A stretch of 64,000 bases of DNA, taken from contig DASPGT010000037.1 in assembly GCA_035620475.1 (NCBI GenBank), forward strand, positions 8,233-72,232. The letters are read 5' to 3'. The translations under genes were made by a program, and so were the position numbers. This document shows, piece after piece, positions 1 through 9,210 of the stretch (the first letter of the stretch is position 1; every line of letters starts with the position of its first letter). The DNA is from Gaiellaceae bacterium (GTDB lineage Bacteria; Actinomycetota; Thermoleophilia; Gaiellales; Gaiellaceae). The notes beneath the pieces were generated by a model, which saw only the letters and a list, made by a program, of their open reading frames with translations, searched no databases and was not told the origin of the DNA.

Positions 1-137
1 GCCGAGCCGGTAGCCGTCGACGGCGTCGCGCACGCGTCGGGAAGCCTCACGGGACGTTGGCACTCCCTGCTCGGGAGTGCCGGGAGCCCCCGCCTCCCCT
101 GCTAGCATCTCACGCGGCAAGGCGCGGCCCCTTCACG

Positions 138-425
138 ATGCCGATCTACGAATATCGCTGCCCCAACGGCCACACCTTCGAGCTCTTCCAGCGCATGACG
201 GATCCGGCGCCGGAGGCCTGCGAGGTCTGCGCCGAGGGCCCGGTGACGAAGGTGCTGTATCCGGCGGCGATCCACTTCAAGGGCTCGGGGTTCTACTCGA
301 CGGACTACGGCCGCGGGAGCCGGCGGGCGGCCGCGAAGGACGGCGACGCGGGCGACTCCGGCGGGAAGAAGGACGGCAAGGCCGACCCGAAGCCGTCCGA
401 GTCGAAGGCCGCCGACTCGTCCTAG
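138..425 (+). CDS. FmdB-family zinc-ribbon protein
   Basis: From ATG 138 the product starts MPIYEYRCPNGHTFE...CEVCAEGPV, the typical FmdB zinc-ribbon N-terminus. It has a Gly/Asp/Lys/Ser-rich tail. The upstream part of ORF 57..425 is Arg/Pro-rich and probably not translated. Confidence 0.8.
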   Translation: MPIYEYRCPNGHTFELFQRMTDPAPEACEVCAEGPVTKVLYPAAIHFKGSGFYSTDYGRGSRRAAAKDGDAGDSGGKKDGKADPKPSESKAADSS

Positions 426-452
426 CCGCCCGGGGCGACCGGCCGTCCCCGG

Positions 453-1628
453 TCACCCGGCCCGGCCCACGCGGCAGCCCGGACCGAACGTGCCGCTGCC
501 GGGCCGCGGTCGCTGGGGGGCGACTTTGCCCTCGACCATGGCGACGACGGACGCGTTGTCCTCGTTCCCGATGATGAACGACTGCCCGTCGATGTCGGCG
601 AGCGAGCCGCCGAGGCGGCAGCGGAGGATCCCGCTCGACGGCGTCCGGCGCTTCACCCAGCCGAGCTGGAGGAACTGGTTCGCCGAGAGGTCGGTGGCGA
701 GCGGGCGCACGAGCTCGTCGCCGATGAACGGCATGCGCAGGAACGTCCCGAAGCTGGTCACCTCGTCGGCCACCGCCTGGACGACCGCCTGCTGGCGCTC
801 GCCGCGGGTGATGTCGTTCTCGCTCGGGTCGAGCTGGTTGACGCGGATGCGCGCGTAGACGAGCGCGCGCTGGCCGCTCATGGTCTGCTCGCCCGGCTTG
901 AACCGCCATCCCGGCCAGCGGTCGCACTTGGCCTGGGTCGCGAAGGGGCAGCCGAACTTGTTCGAGAGGATCGGCGCCGGCACGTCGATCGAGACCCCGC
1001 CGAGCGTCCCGATCAGATCCTTGAACTTCGCGAAGTTGACGACGACGACGTGGTTGATCGGGACGCCGGTCAGCGCCTCGACCGTCCTGATCGCGAGCGT
1101 GGGGCCTCCGTAGGCGTACGCGGCGTTCACCTTGTCGGGGCCGCGCCCGGGGATCTCGACGCGGAGGTCGCGCGGGATCGAGAGCATGGCGATCCGGTGC
1201 TCGCCGGGATCGGTCCGGACGAGCATGATCGCGTCCGAGCGGAACGGTCCCTCACGGTTCGGCCCCTCGTCCGTGCCCAGCACGAGGATGGTCGACGGGT
1301 TCCTCAGCACGAGCCCGTCCTGGGGGGCGAGCGCCGCGTAGGCGCGCGAGTCGAGGCGCGCGTTCGCCTCCTTCACCCCGCTGCGGAACGCCAGATAGCC
1401 GAGGAGCGACCAGACGCCGACGGCCAGCACCGCGACGAGGACGACGGCGAGCGCGACGCGAAACCAGCGCCTGCCGCGCCGCCGGCGGCTCGGCTTGGGG
1501 CGCGAGTAGGCATCCCGGCCGTCGCCGGCGGCCGAGCCCTGTTCCTGCCCTCTTCTCGCCTCGGTCGGAACGGGCCCCTTGACCCGCCCGCCGCGGTAGA
1601 CCCGGTACGGCTTGTTCTTGGACGCCAC
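453..1628 (-). CDS. LytR-CpsA-Psr (LCP) family cell-envelope phosphotransferase
   Basis: Basic N-terminus plus one TM helix (WFRVALAVVLVAVLAVGVW), then the LCP core LGTDEG...RSDAIMLVRTDP...SIPRDL...KVNAAYAYGGP. GTG start at 1628. Confidence 0.85.
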   Translation of the reverse strand: MASKNKPYRVYRGGRVKGPVPTEARRGQEQGSAAGDGRDAYSRPKPSRRRRGRRWFRVALAVVLVAVLAVGVWSLLGYLAFRSGVKEANARLDSRAYAALAPQDGLVLRNPSTILVLGTDEGPNREGPFRSDAIMLVRTDPGEHRIAMLSIPRDLRVEIPGRGPDKVNAAYAYGGPTLAIRTVEALTGVPINHVVVVNFAKFKDLIGTLGGVSIDVPAPILSNKFGCPFATQAKCDRWPGWRFKPGEQTMSGQRALVYARIRVNQLDPSENDITRGERQQAVVQAVADEVTSFGTFLRMPFIGDELVRPLATDLSANQFLQLGWVKRRTPSSGILRCRLGGSLADIDGQSFIIGNEDNASVVAMVEGKVAPQRPRPGSGTFGPGCRVGRAG

Positions 1629-1656
1629 GGCGACCGGTTATCGTAGCCACCCCAGG

Positions 1657-2610
1657 ATGAGCGCTCCCAAGGTGATCGCGGTCGACTTGGGCGGCACGAA
1701 GCTGGCCGCCGGGCTCGTCGATCCCGAGGGGACGGTCGGCCGCCGCGCCGTCGAGCCCACCGATCTGACGGGCGAGGACGCGCTGCTGGCCCAGCTCGAG
1801 GGTGTCATCGGCGGCCTCGTCGAAAACGGCCTGGCGGCGCTCGGAGTGGGCGTGCCGTCGACGATCGACCAGCGCTCCGGACGCGCGGTGGCCTCGGTCA
1901 ACATCCCGCTGGCCGGCGTCGACCTCCGCGAGCGGCTCCAGCACCGGTTCGGGGTGCCGGTGCTGATCGAGAACGACGGCAACGCCGCCGCGGTGGCGGA
2001 GCACCGGCTCGGCGCCGGCCGCGGTGCCAGGCACGTCGTCATGCTCACGCTGGGAACGGGCGTGGGAGGCGGCCTGATCCTCGACGACAGGCTCTACCGT
2101 GGCGCCGTCGGCGCCGCCGCGGAGCTCGGGCACATCACGCTCGACCTCGACGGCCCGCCCTGTCAGGGAACCTGTCCCGGCCGCGGGCACCTCGAGGCCA
2201 TGGCCTCGGGCCACGCCGCCGACAGGCTCGCCGACCAGGCGGCTGCCGAGCGGCCCGACGGCGACATCGGGCGCGCCGCGGCCGCCGGCCGGGAGGTCGA
2301 CTCGCGCCTGCTCGTGGAGCTCGCGTCGGCGGGCCCCGGCGACGCCCGCGACGTGCTCGAGCACGTCGGCTTCCATCTCGGCGTCGGCATCTCCGACCTC
2401 GTGAACGTCTTCAATCCCGAGGTCGTCGTCGTCGGCGGCGGCTTCGCCGAGGCCGGCGAGCTTCTCCTCGCCCCCGCCCGCAAGGTGGTCGCCGAGCGGG
2501 CGCTTCTCCCGGCCCGCGAGGTCGTCAGGATCGTCGAGGCCGAGCTGGGGCCGGACGCCGGCCTGATCGGCGCCGCGCTCGTCGCCTTCGCGGCGCTCGA
2601 CGAGGGCTGA
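1657..2610 (+). CDS. ROK-family glucokinase / sugar kinase
   Basis: VIAVDLGGTKLAAG ATP-binding motif, LGTGVGGG, and a Cys/His zinc motif (PPCQGTCPGRGHLE). ATG 1657 is preferred over TTG 1612, which would overlap the divergent LCP gene. Confidence 0.85.
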   Translation: MSAPKVIAVDLGGTKLAAGLVDPEGTVGRRAVEPTDLTGEDALLAQLEGVIGGLVENGLAALGVGVPSTIDQRSGRAVASVNIPLAGVDLRERLQHRFGVPVLIENDGNAAAVAEHRLGAGRGARHVVMLTLGTGVGGGLILDDRLYRGAVGAAAELGHITLDLDGPPCQGTCPGRGHLEAMASGHAADRLADQAAAERPDGDIGRAAAAGREVDSRLLVELASAGPGDARDVLEHVGFHLGVGISDLVNVFNPEVVVVGGGFAEAGELLLAPARKVVAERALLPAREVVRIVEAELGPDAGLIGAALVAFAALDEG

Positions 2611-2615
2611 CGGAG

Positions 2616-3425
2616 ATGCCGCTCGTCGTCTGCCCGACGCCGATCGGCAACCTGGAGGACGTCACGCTGCGAGTGCTGCGGGAGCTGGCCGAGGCCGACC
2701 TCGTCCTCTGCGAGGACACCCGCCGGACGAGGATCCTCCTCGACCGTCACCGGATCCGGGCGCAGCTCCTCTCCTTCCACCGCCACAACGAGGCACGCAG
2801 GACGGACGAGATCCTGCCGCGGCTCGAGGCGGGCGAGCGGATCGCGCTCGCGAGCGACGCGGGGCTCCCCGGGGTGAACGACCCGGGCGCGCGGCTCGTC
2901 GTCGCCGCCCTCGCCGCCGGCCTCGAGGTGACGGTGCTCCCGGGCCCCTCCGCGGTGGAGACGGCGCTGGTCGCCAGCGGCCTGGTCGGGTCGCGCTACA
3001 CGTTCCTGGGCTACCTGCCGCGCTCGCCGGCGGGACGCGACCGGATCTGGGAAGAGCTGTCGCGCTGGAGCTGGCCGGTGGTCGCCTTTGAGTCCCCCCG
3101 CCGCCTGCCGGTCTCGCTCGCCGGCCTGGCGGCGGCGCTCCCCGACCGGCGGGTCGCCGTCTGCCGCGAGCTGACGAAGCGGTTCGAGGAGGTCGTGCGA
3201 GGAAGCGCGGTCGACGTCGCCGAGCGGTTCCGGCTCCCACCGAAGGGCGAGGTGACGCTCGTCGTCGGAGGCCGTGCCGGCGGCGAGAGCGACGACGGCG
3301 CCGAGGCCGCGCTCGCCGCCGTCGCCGAGCTCGTCGCGGCGGGGGCGCCGCGCCGCGCGGCCGCCGACGTCGTCTCCGGCCTCACCGGCGTGGCCCGAAA
3401 CCGGCTCTACCGCGGCTCGTTGTAG
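2616..3425 (+). CDS. rsmI: 16S rRNA (cytidine1402-2'-O)-methyltransferase
   Basis: N-terminus MPLVVCPTPIGNLEDVTLRVL...LCEDTRRT, and the tetrapyrrole-methylase-fold length (269 aa) typical of RsmI. Confidence 0.9.
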   Translation: MPLVVCPTPIGNLEDVTLRVLRELAEADLVLCEDTRRTRILLDRHRIRAQLLSFHRHNEARRTDEILPRLEAGERIALASDAGLPGVNDPGARLVVAALAAGLEVTVLPGPSAVETALVASGLVGSRYTFLGYLPRSPAGRDRIWEELSRWSWPVVAFESPRRLPVSLAGLAAALPDRRVAVCRELTKRFEEVVRGSAVDVAERFRLPPKGEVTLVVGGRAGGESDDGAEAALAAVAELVAAGAPRRAAADVVSGLTGVARNRLYRGSL

Positions 3426-3431
3426 CCGCCG

Positions 3432-3460
3432 TTGACAACGTCCGCCCGCCCTGCTACCGT
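3432..3460 (+). promoter_or_regulatory. Candidate sigma-70-type promoter for the M23 peptidase gene
   Basis: TTGACA (3432-3437), a 17-nt spacer, then TACCGT (3455-3460; TAnnnT). The 8-mer CGTTGACA recurs at 3468-3475. AGGAGG lies about 7 nt before ATG 3500. Confidence 0.3.
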
Positions 3461-3499
3461 CCCTCTACGTTGACATAGAGGACAACAGGAGGCGGGAGA

Positions 3500-4756
3500 A
3501 TGAGACGTGCGCTTGCCCTGCTTCCGGTCCTGATCGCGTTCCAGGCCGGCGCGCCGCCCGCACTCGCCTGGACCTGGCCCGCCGACGGGCCGGTGCTACG
3601 ACCGTTCGTGCTTGGAGACGATCCCTACGCGGGAGGGCAGCACCGTGGGGTCGACGTCGCCGGGCCGGTGGACGCGCCGGTCCGCTCGCCCGCGGCCGGC
3701 GTGGTCAGCTTCGCCGGAACCGTCCCCGGTGGCGGGCGGGCCGTCACCGTCCGGACCCCGGACGGCTACTCGGTCACGCTCGTGCACCTGGGGGCGATCT
3801 CGGTCGGGCGCGGCGAGGCCGTCGCCGAAGGCGTGGCGGTCGGCACGATCGGCCCGTCCGGGGACGCCGAGCACCTCGAGCCGTACGTCCACCTCGGCGT
3901 CAGAGTCACGACCGACGCGAACGGGTATCTCGACCCGCTCACGCTCCTGCCGGCCCGCGAGGCGCTCCCGGCTCAACCGCCGCCCGTCCCGCCTGCTCCG
4001 ACGCCGGCCCCGCCGGCTCCGGCGAATCCCGTCGCGCCGATCCCGGAGCCCCTCGCGGAGCCGGCCCCCCTGCCGGAGGCCGCGCCGCAGGCGCCTGCCG
4101 CCACCGGCCCCGCCGCCCTGCCGGCCCTCCCGCGGGCAGCCGAGACGGGAGTCTCCGCCGCCGCGAAGGCCCGCACCGCCGACGGAACGGGAGATCCGCC
4201 CTCGCCGACCGGGGCTTCCGCGGAGGCCGCGGCGGGCGGGCCGCCCCGGACGGCGCTTCGTTCCTTCGAGATCCGCTCGGAGCCGCGCGTGCCGGCCGGG
4301 CGCGCGGTGTCCGCCGAACCGTCGCCGCCGCCGTCCCCCCGGGCCGCAGCAGGCGCCGTCGCGGCGCTGTGCGCCGCAGCCGCCGGGCTCCTCGCCCTCG
4401 CCGGTGTGGCGGCAGCGCTAGCGATCCGTCGCCGTCAGCTCGGCGACGCACGGCTCGCACACGCCCCGGCCCCTGTGCTCGACGAGCGAGCGAGTCGCGC
4501 CGCAGAAGACACAGGCGTTGCGCGGCCGGCTCAGGAGGATGGTCTGGTTCTTGACCGAGATCTCGAGCGCGTCCCGCTCGGTGAGCCCGAAGCGCTTGCG
4601 GATCTCGATCGGGATGACGATCCGGCCGAGCTCGTCCAGATGGCGGATGATGCCTGTCGTCGTCTGTGCGCCCCGGCTGCGTCTAGGCGTTTCCATCAGG
4701 TTCGTCCTCGCGTTCCCTCGCGTTGCGGGCGGGCCGAGACGGTCTCGGTCCGCTGA
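3500..4756 (+). CDS. Secreted/membrane-anchored M23 (LytM-type) metallopeptidase with Pro/Ala-rich linker
   Basis: Signal peptide ending ALA-W; M23 motifs GGQHRGVDV...PAAGVV...YSVTLVHLG...HLGV. A long PAPxP linker is followed by a TM helix (AVAALCAAAAGLLALAGVAAALAI). The last ~110 codons lie antisense to the AbrB-like gene. Confidence 0.8.
   Translation: MRRALALLPVLIAFQAGAPPALAWTWPADGPVLRPFVLGDDPYAGGQHRGVDVAGPVDAPVRSPAAGVVSFAGTVPGGGRAVTVRTPDGYSVTLVHLGAISVGRGEAVAEGVAVGTIGPSGDAEHLEPYVHLGVRVTTDANGYLDPLTLLPAREALPAQPPPVPPAPTPAPPAPANPVAPIPEPLAEPAPLPEAAPQAPAATGPAALPALPRAAETGVSAAAKARTADGTGDPPSPTGASAEAAAGGPPRTALRSFEIRSEPRVPAGRAVSAEPSPPPSPRAAAGAVAALCAAAAGLLALAGVAAALAIRRRQLGDARLAHAPAPVLDERASRAAEDTGVARPAQEDGLVLDRDLERVPLGEPEALADLDRDDDPAELVQMADDACRRLCAPAASRRFHQVRPRVPSRCGRAETVSVR
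4418..4696 (-). CDS. AbrB/MazE/SpoVT-family DNA-binding protein with C-terminal Cys4 knuckle
   Basis: IRHLDELGRIVIPIEIRKRFGLTERDALEISVKNQTILL is a clear SpoVT-AbrB swapped-hairpin motif. The C-terminus is CVFCG...(12)...CEPC. Start assigned to METPRR (ATG 4696), not the upstream M of the 4418..4798 ORF. Confidence 0.8.
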   Translation of the reverse strand: METPRRSRGAQTTTGIIRHLDELGRIVIPIEIRKRFGLTERDALEISVKNQTILLSRPRNACVFCGATRSLVEHRGRGVCEPCVAELTATDR

Positions 4757-4848
4757 TCCCGTGCGGTGTATCCAGACCTCAGTTCCCGCTCTCGACACGT
4801 TGAAACCGGAGGTCGGATCGGAGAGGGCCGACCGTATGATGGGCGCCG

Positions 4849-6369
4849 ATGCGCTTCTACGTGACGACGCCGATCTACTACGTCAACTCGACCCCGCACA
4901 TCGGGCATGCCTACACGACGATCGCCGCCGACATTCTCGTACGCCACCGGCGGCAGCGCGGCGAGGAGACGTTCTTCCTGACGGGCACGGACGAGCATGG
5001 CTCGAATATCCCCCGGGTCGCTCAGGAGGCCGGGCTCGAGCTCCAGGAGTTCGTCGACCGGAACGCCGCAGCCTTCGAGGAGATGACCGTTCGCGTGAAC
5101 GCCTCGAACGACTTCTTCGTGCGGACGACCGACGAGCGACACAAGGCCCGGGTCCAGGAGTTCCTGCAGCGGATCCACGACCGAGGAGACATCTTCGAGG
5201 ACACGTACGCCGGGCTCTACTGCACGCGCTGCGAGGCGTTCTACGCCGAGGACGACCTCGTGGACGGCCTCTGTCCGCAGCATGGGATCCCGCCGGAGCA
5301 CGTGGAGGAGAAGAACTACTTCTTTCGCCTCTCCGCCTACCAGGAGCCGCTGCTCCGCCTCTACGACGAGCGGCCGGACATCGTGCTCCCGCGCTTCCGC
5401 TACAACGAGGCCCGAAGCTTCATCGAGCGGGGCCTGGACGACATCAGCGTCAGCCGAGCCTCGCAGCGGTGGGGCGTTCCCGTTCCGTGGGACCCGAACC
5501 AGGTCGTTTACGTGTGGGTCGACGCTCTCATCAACTACTGGAGCGCGCTCGCGTTCGCGCGCCCGGGCGAGGACCTCCGCCCCCGTTTCTGGCCGGAGGT
5601 TCGCCACCTTCTCGCCAAGGACATCCTCAAGTTCCACTGCGTCATCTGGCCGGCGCTCCTGCTCGCCGCCGGGCTCGACGTCCCCAGGCAGCTGTTCGTG
5701 CACGGCTACCTCCTGATGGACGATCGGAAGATGTCGAAGTCCGTCGGGAACGTGATCGACCCGCTGGACCTCATCGACGTGTACGGTGCCGACCCGCTTC
5801 GCTTCTACCTCTTCCGTGTGGCCACGTTCGGGCAGGACGGGAGCATCTCGGTGGACGGCCTGCACGAGCGCTACGAGCGCGAGCTCGGGAACGAGCTGGG
5901 CAACCTCCTCTCGAGGACGACGGCGATGATCGCCCGGTACCGCGGGGGGCGGCTCGCGCCGGCGGACCCGTCGCCCGAGCTCGTGGAGGGCGTCGCGCGC
6001 GTCCGAGCGGACGTCGCGGCCCGGCTCGACGAGTTCGACGTCACGGGCGCCCTCGAAGTGACATGGGAGCTCGTACGCCGTCTCAATCGCCACGTCGAGC
6101 AGACCGCACCCTGGGAGCTGGCGAAGGACGACGCGCGTGCGGGGGACCTCGACCGGGCCCTCTTCGAGCTCGCGGACGGGCTCCGGGCGGTCGCAATCGC
6201 CCTGGCGGCGTTCGTCCCCGAGACGTCCGCGCGGATCCTCGCCGCGCTCGGCCAGTCGCAGGACGTGGCGTGGGAGGGGATCACCGCCGGGAAGACGGCC
6301 GCCACGGACGGGATCGAGGCCGCGCCCCCGCTCTTTCCCAGGGTCGACGCCCCGACGGCGGCTGCGTGA
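4849..6369 (+). CDS. metG: Methionine--tRNA ligase (short form)
   Basis: PHIGHAY (HIGH) and KMSKS motifs; N-terminus FYVTTPIYYVNSTPHIGH; 506 aa. Confidence 0.95.
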   Translation: MRFYVTTPIYYVNSTPHIGHAYTTIAADILVRHRRQRGEETFFLTGTDEHGSNIPRVAQEAGLELQEFVDRNAAAFEEMTVRVNASNDFFVRTTDERHKARVQEFLQRIHDRGDIFEDTYAGLYCTRCEAFYAEDDLVDGLCPQHGIPPEHVEEKNYFFRLSAYQEPLLRLYDERPDIVLPRFRYNEARSFIERGLDDISVSRASQRWGVPVPWDPNQVVYVWVDALINYWSALAFARPGEDLRPRFWPEVRHLLAKDILKFHCVIWPALLLAAGLDVPRQLFVHGYLLMDDRKMSKSVGNVIDPLDLIDVYGADPLRFYLFRVATFGQDGSISVDGLHERYERELGNELGNLLSRTTAMIARYRGGRLAPADPSPELVEGVARVRADVAARLDEFDVTGALEVTWELVRRLNRHVEQTAPWELAKDDARAGDLDRALFELADGLRAVAIALAAFVPETSARILAALGQSQDVAWEGITAGKTAATDGIEAAPPLFPRVDAPTAAA

Positions 6370-6400
6370 GGCCGATCCGCCGACCGCGGGCCACGGCCAC

Positions 6401-7150
6401 ATGATCGACACGCACGCCCACCTCGATGCGTTCGAGGATGCGGGCCTCGTCCTCGACCGGGCGCGTACCGCCGGCGTCGAGCGCGTGATCGCTGTGGGCA
6501 CCGACATCGCCTCGTGCCGAGCGACGCTCGCCCTCTGCGAGCGTGAGCCCGGCGTCTTCGCGGCGCTCGGGCTCCACCCGCACGAGGCGGGCTCGGTCAG
6601 CCAGGTCGAGCTCGACGAGCTGCGGACCCTGCTCGCCCATCCGCGGGCGGTGGCGGTCGGCGAGGCCGGGCTCGACTACTATCGCGACCTCGCTCCCCGG
6701 GACCGCCAGGCCTGGTCCTTCAGGCAGCAGGCCGCGCTGGCGGGCGAGCTCGGCAAGCCCCTCGTCGTCCACACCCGGGCTGCCGACGAGGACACGGCCG
6801 CGGTGCTGCAGAGCCTCTCGCCGGAGGTGCCGGTCGTGCTCCACTGCTTCTCGTCGGTCTCTCTGCTCGACCCGGCGCTCGAGCGCGGGTGGTACGTCTC
6901 CTTCGCCGGGAACGTGACCTACCCGAAGGCCGGCGACCTGCGCTGGGCGGCCGCGCGCGTCCCCGCCGAGCGTCTCCTCGCCGAGACGGACAGCCCCTAC
7001 CTCTCGCCCCAGCCCGTGCGGGGGAAGCGGAACGAGCCTGCTTTCGTCGCACACACGGTCGCCGCGCTCGCCGTGGCCCGGAACGTCGAGCGCGAGGCGC
7101 TCGCGCGGCAGATCGAGGAGAACGCGTCCAGGCTCTTCTCGCTCCCGTGA
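6401..7150 (+). CDS. tatD: TatD-family metal-dependent DNase/hydrolase
   Basis: MIDTHAHLD start, ...AVGEAGLDYY..., VVHTR, VLHCFS, ETDSPYL. Start at ATG 6401; the upstream part of ORF 6137..7150 is low-complexity and overlaps metG. Confidence 0.9.
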   Translation: MIDTHAHLDAFEDAGLVLDRARTAGVERVIAVGTDIASCRATLALCEREPGVFAALGLHPHEAGSVSQVELDELRTLLAHPRAVAVGEAGLDYYRDLAPRDRQAWSFRQQAALAGELGKPLVVHTRAADEDTAAVLQSLSPEVPVVLHCFSSVSLLDPALERGWYVSFAGNVTYPKAGDLRWAAARVPAERLLAETDSPYLSPQPVRGKRNEPAFVAHTVAALAVARNVEREALARQIEENASRLFSLP

Positions 7151-7926
7151 GGGTGCGGCCCAAACGGGAGCTCGGCCAGCACTGGCTCGTCGACGAGAAC
7201 ATCCTCGGCGTCATCGGGAGGCTCGCCGAGCTGCAGGACGAGGATGTGATCCTCGAGGTCGGCCCGGGCCTGGGCGTCCTCACGGGCTACCTGGCCGCAC
7301 GCGTCCGCTGGGTGCACGCAGTCGAGGTCGACCGCGGGCTCGCGCCCGTCCTCCGCGAGCGGCTGGCCGGCGTCGACAACGTCGGCCTCGTCTTCGGTGA
7401 CGCGCTCCGCCTGCTGGGGAGCGAGCTGGCCCCGGCGCCGACGAAGCTCGTCGCCAACCTGCCGTTCAACGTGGCGACGCCGATCGTGGTCGAGAGCCTC
7501 GCACGGCTCCCGTCGGTCGGCCTCTGGTGCGTGATGGTGCAGCGCGAGGTCGCCGACCGCTTCTTCGCTCCTCCCGGGACGAAGGAGTACGGCGCCGTCT
7601 CGGTCGTCCTCCAGCTCACCGCGGAGCGGACGGGCTTCCACCCGGTCGCGCGCACGTGCTTCCGCCCTCCGCCGAACGTCGACTCCGCGCTCGTTGCGTT
7701 CAGGCGCGTGCGCGCGTGGGATCCCGCGCTCGAGGCCGTCAGGCGCGTGACGCAGGCGGCGTTCGCGCACCGCCGCAAGACGCTGCCCAACTCGCTCGCG
7801 CTCGCGGGCCTCGCCGACCGGGAGCGCTCCGCCGCCGCCCTGCGCGAGCTCGGCCGGGAGCCGGACGTGCGGGCCGAGGGGCTGGCGCCCGCCGAGTTCG
7901 TCCGCCTCACGGAGCTTCTCGCGTGA
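7147..7926 (+). CDS. rsmA: 16S rRNA (adenine1518/1519-N6)-dimethyltransferase
   Basis: KRELGQHWLVDENIL...VLEVGPGLGVLT (SAM motif)...ANLPFNVATP. GTG 7147 overlaps the tatD stop (GTGA). GTG 7153 is an alternative start. Confidence 0.9.
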   Translation: MRVRPKRELGQHWLVDENILGVIGRLAELQDEDVILEVGPGLGVLTGYLAARVRWVHAVEVDRGLAPVLRERLAGVDNVGLVFGDALRLLGSELAPAPTKLVANLPFNVATPIVVESLARLPSVGLWCVMVQREVADRFFAPPGTKEYGAVSVVLQLTAERTGFHPVARTCFRPPPNVDSALVAFRRVRAWDPALEAVRRVTQAAFAHRRKTLPNSLALAGLADRERSAAALRELGREPDVRAEGLAPAEFVRLTELLA

Positions 7927-8753
7927 TGCCGGTCAGGGCCGTCGCCGCCGCGAAGATCAACCTCGCGCTCGTCGTCGGGCCCCGCCGGGAGGACGGCCTC
8001 CACGAGGTCGCCACCGTCCTCCAGCGGATCGACCTCTGCGACCGGCTCCAGGCGCGCCCCGGCGATCGTCTCGCGGTCGAGGGGTTTCCGGGCGACACGC
8101 TCGTCGCGCGGGCGCTCGCCCTGCTGGCTGCCGAGGCCCGCGTCGAGCCGGCCTGGCGGGCGCGGCTGGAGAAGGAGATCCCCGTGGCGGCCGGCCTCGG
8201 CGGCGGCAGCGCCGACGCCGCCGCCGCCCTCCGGCTCGGAAACGCGCTGCTGCGCGACCCGCTCCCGGACGAGCGGCTGCGCGCCCTCGCGGCGACGCTC
8301 GGAGCCGACGTGCCGTTCTTCCTCGACCCGGGGCCGAAGCTCGCGGAGGGCGCGGGGGAGCGCCTCACCGCGCTCGACCTGCCACAGGACTTCTGGGTCG
8401 TCGTCTCGCTGCCGGTCGGCGTTCGCAAGCCGTCGACGGCCGAGGTGTACCGGCGTTTCGACGACCTCGGCGGCGGTGGGGACTTCGAGGAGCGCCGCGC
8501 GGCGCTCGTCAGGCTGCTCGGCGAGCTGCGCCGGCCGCGGGACTTCGCGGGGCTTCCCCGCAACGATCTCGCGGCCGCGTCGGGGGCCGGCGGGTCCGCG
8601 GCGGAGCTGCTCCGTGCGGGTGCGTTCCGGGCCGACGTGAGCGGCGCCGGGCCGGCCGTCTACGGCCTCTTCGAGGGCCGCGCGGAAGCCGCTGCCGCGG
8701 CCCGTTCGCTCGGCCGCCGCGCGCGGGCCTGGGTGGTCGCACCCGTTTGGTAA
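7926..8753 (+). CDS. ispE: 4-diphosphocytidyl-2-C-methyl-D-erythritol kinase
   Basis: AKINLALVVGPRREDGLHEV and the GHMP kinase motif PVAAGLGGGSADAAA. The ATG overlaps the rsmA stop by 1 nt. Confidence 0.9.
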   Translation: MPVRAVAAAKINLALVVGPRREDGLHEVATVLQRIDLCDRLQARPGDRLAVEGFPGDTLVARALALLAAEARVEPAWRARLEKEIPVAAGLGGGSADAAAALRLGNALLRDPLPDERLRALAATLGADVPFFLDPGPKLAEGAGERLTALDLPQDFWVVVSLPVGVRKPSTAEVYRRFDDLGGGGDFEERRAALVRLLGELRRPRDFAGLPRNDLAAASGAGGSAAELLRAGAFRADVSGAGPAVYGLFEGRAEAAAAARSLGRRARAWVVAPVW

Positions 8754-8763
8754 CGTCGCGCGC

Positions 8764-9120
8764 GTGGCGACGTCTCCCGTCATCGAGGCCGGCGAGAGCG
8801 GCCGAGGCCACTGGCTGCGCGAGCGCAGGCTTCGCCTGGCGCTGCTCATCGGCCTCGTCGAGACCGTGTTCGTCCTCTGGGGCGGATTGGGGTGGTTCGT
8901 CGTGCTGGCGGTGGCCGCCGCGGCCGTGGCGCTCTACGTCCTCGTCGCGCGCGGCGCCCGCTACCACGCGCTGCGCGAGGTCGCGTGGATCCTCGCCGCG
9001 TCGCAGCTCATCGCCGTCATCGTCCCGGTCCTGTGGGAGGTCGCGAAGTTCTTCGCCATCGTCATCCTCGTGGTGATGGCGGCGCTCCTGCTCGTGATGC
9101 TGCTCATGGACCGCCGTTAG
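8764..9120 (+). CDS. Hypothetical small membrane protein (3 predicted TM helices)
   Basis: GTG start. Hydrophobic segments LALLIGLVETVFVLW, WFVVLAVAAAAVALYVLV and FFAIVILVVMAALLLVMLL. High GC3. No recognisable family. Confidence 0.5.
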   Translation: MATSPVIEAGESGRGHWLRERRLRLALLIGLVETVFVLWGGLGWFVVLAVAAAAVALYVLVARGARYHALREVAWILAASQLIAVIVPVLWEVAKFFAIVILVVMAALLLVMLLMDRR

Positions 9121-9169
9121 AGGCCTGATGTGGAATCGGCACGGCTCGCCCCATTTCGCATCCGGCCTC

Positions 9170-9200
9170 TTGCCGTCCGTGCGCGGGGCCTGCCTATACT
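9170..9200 (+). promoter_or_regulatory. Candidate promoter of tRNA-Gln
   Basis: TTGCCG (9170-9175), a 19-nt spacer, then TATACT (9195-9200), which ends 10 nt before the mature tRNA 5' end. Confidence 0.3.
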
Positions 9201-9210
9201 CGACGTCCGG

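Noticed and set aside
57-137. A 27-codon N-terminal extension of the FmdB-type zinc-ribbon protein.
   Set aside because: FmdB-family proteins start at the MP.YEY.C motif, and the extension is Arg/Pro/Ala-rich and non-coding-like.
4418-4696. The AbrB/MazE-fold gene as the antitoxin of a toxin-antitoxin pair.
   Set aside because: There is no adjacent small toxin ORF (MazF, PIN, Doc and the like). The neighbours are metG and the M23 peptidase.
4757-4848. T-box or other riboswitch leader upstream of metG.
   Set aside because: Only about 90 nt is available, and it is shared with the divergent AbrB promoter. That is too short for a T-box, and no specifier/antiterminator architecture is seen beyond one 6-bp hairpin.
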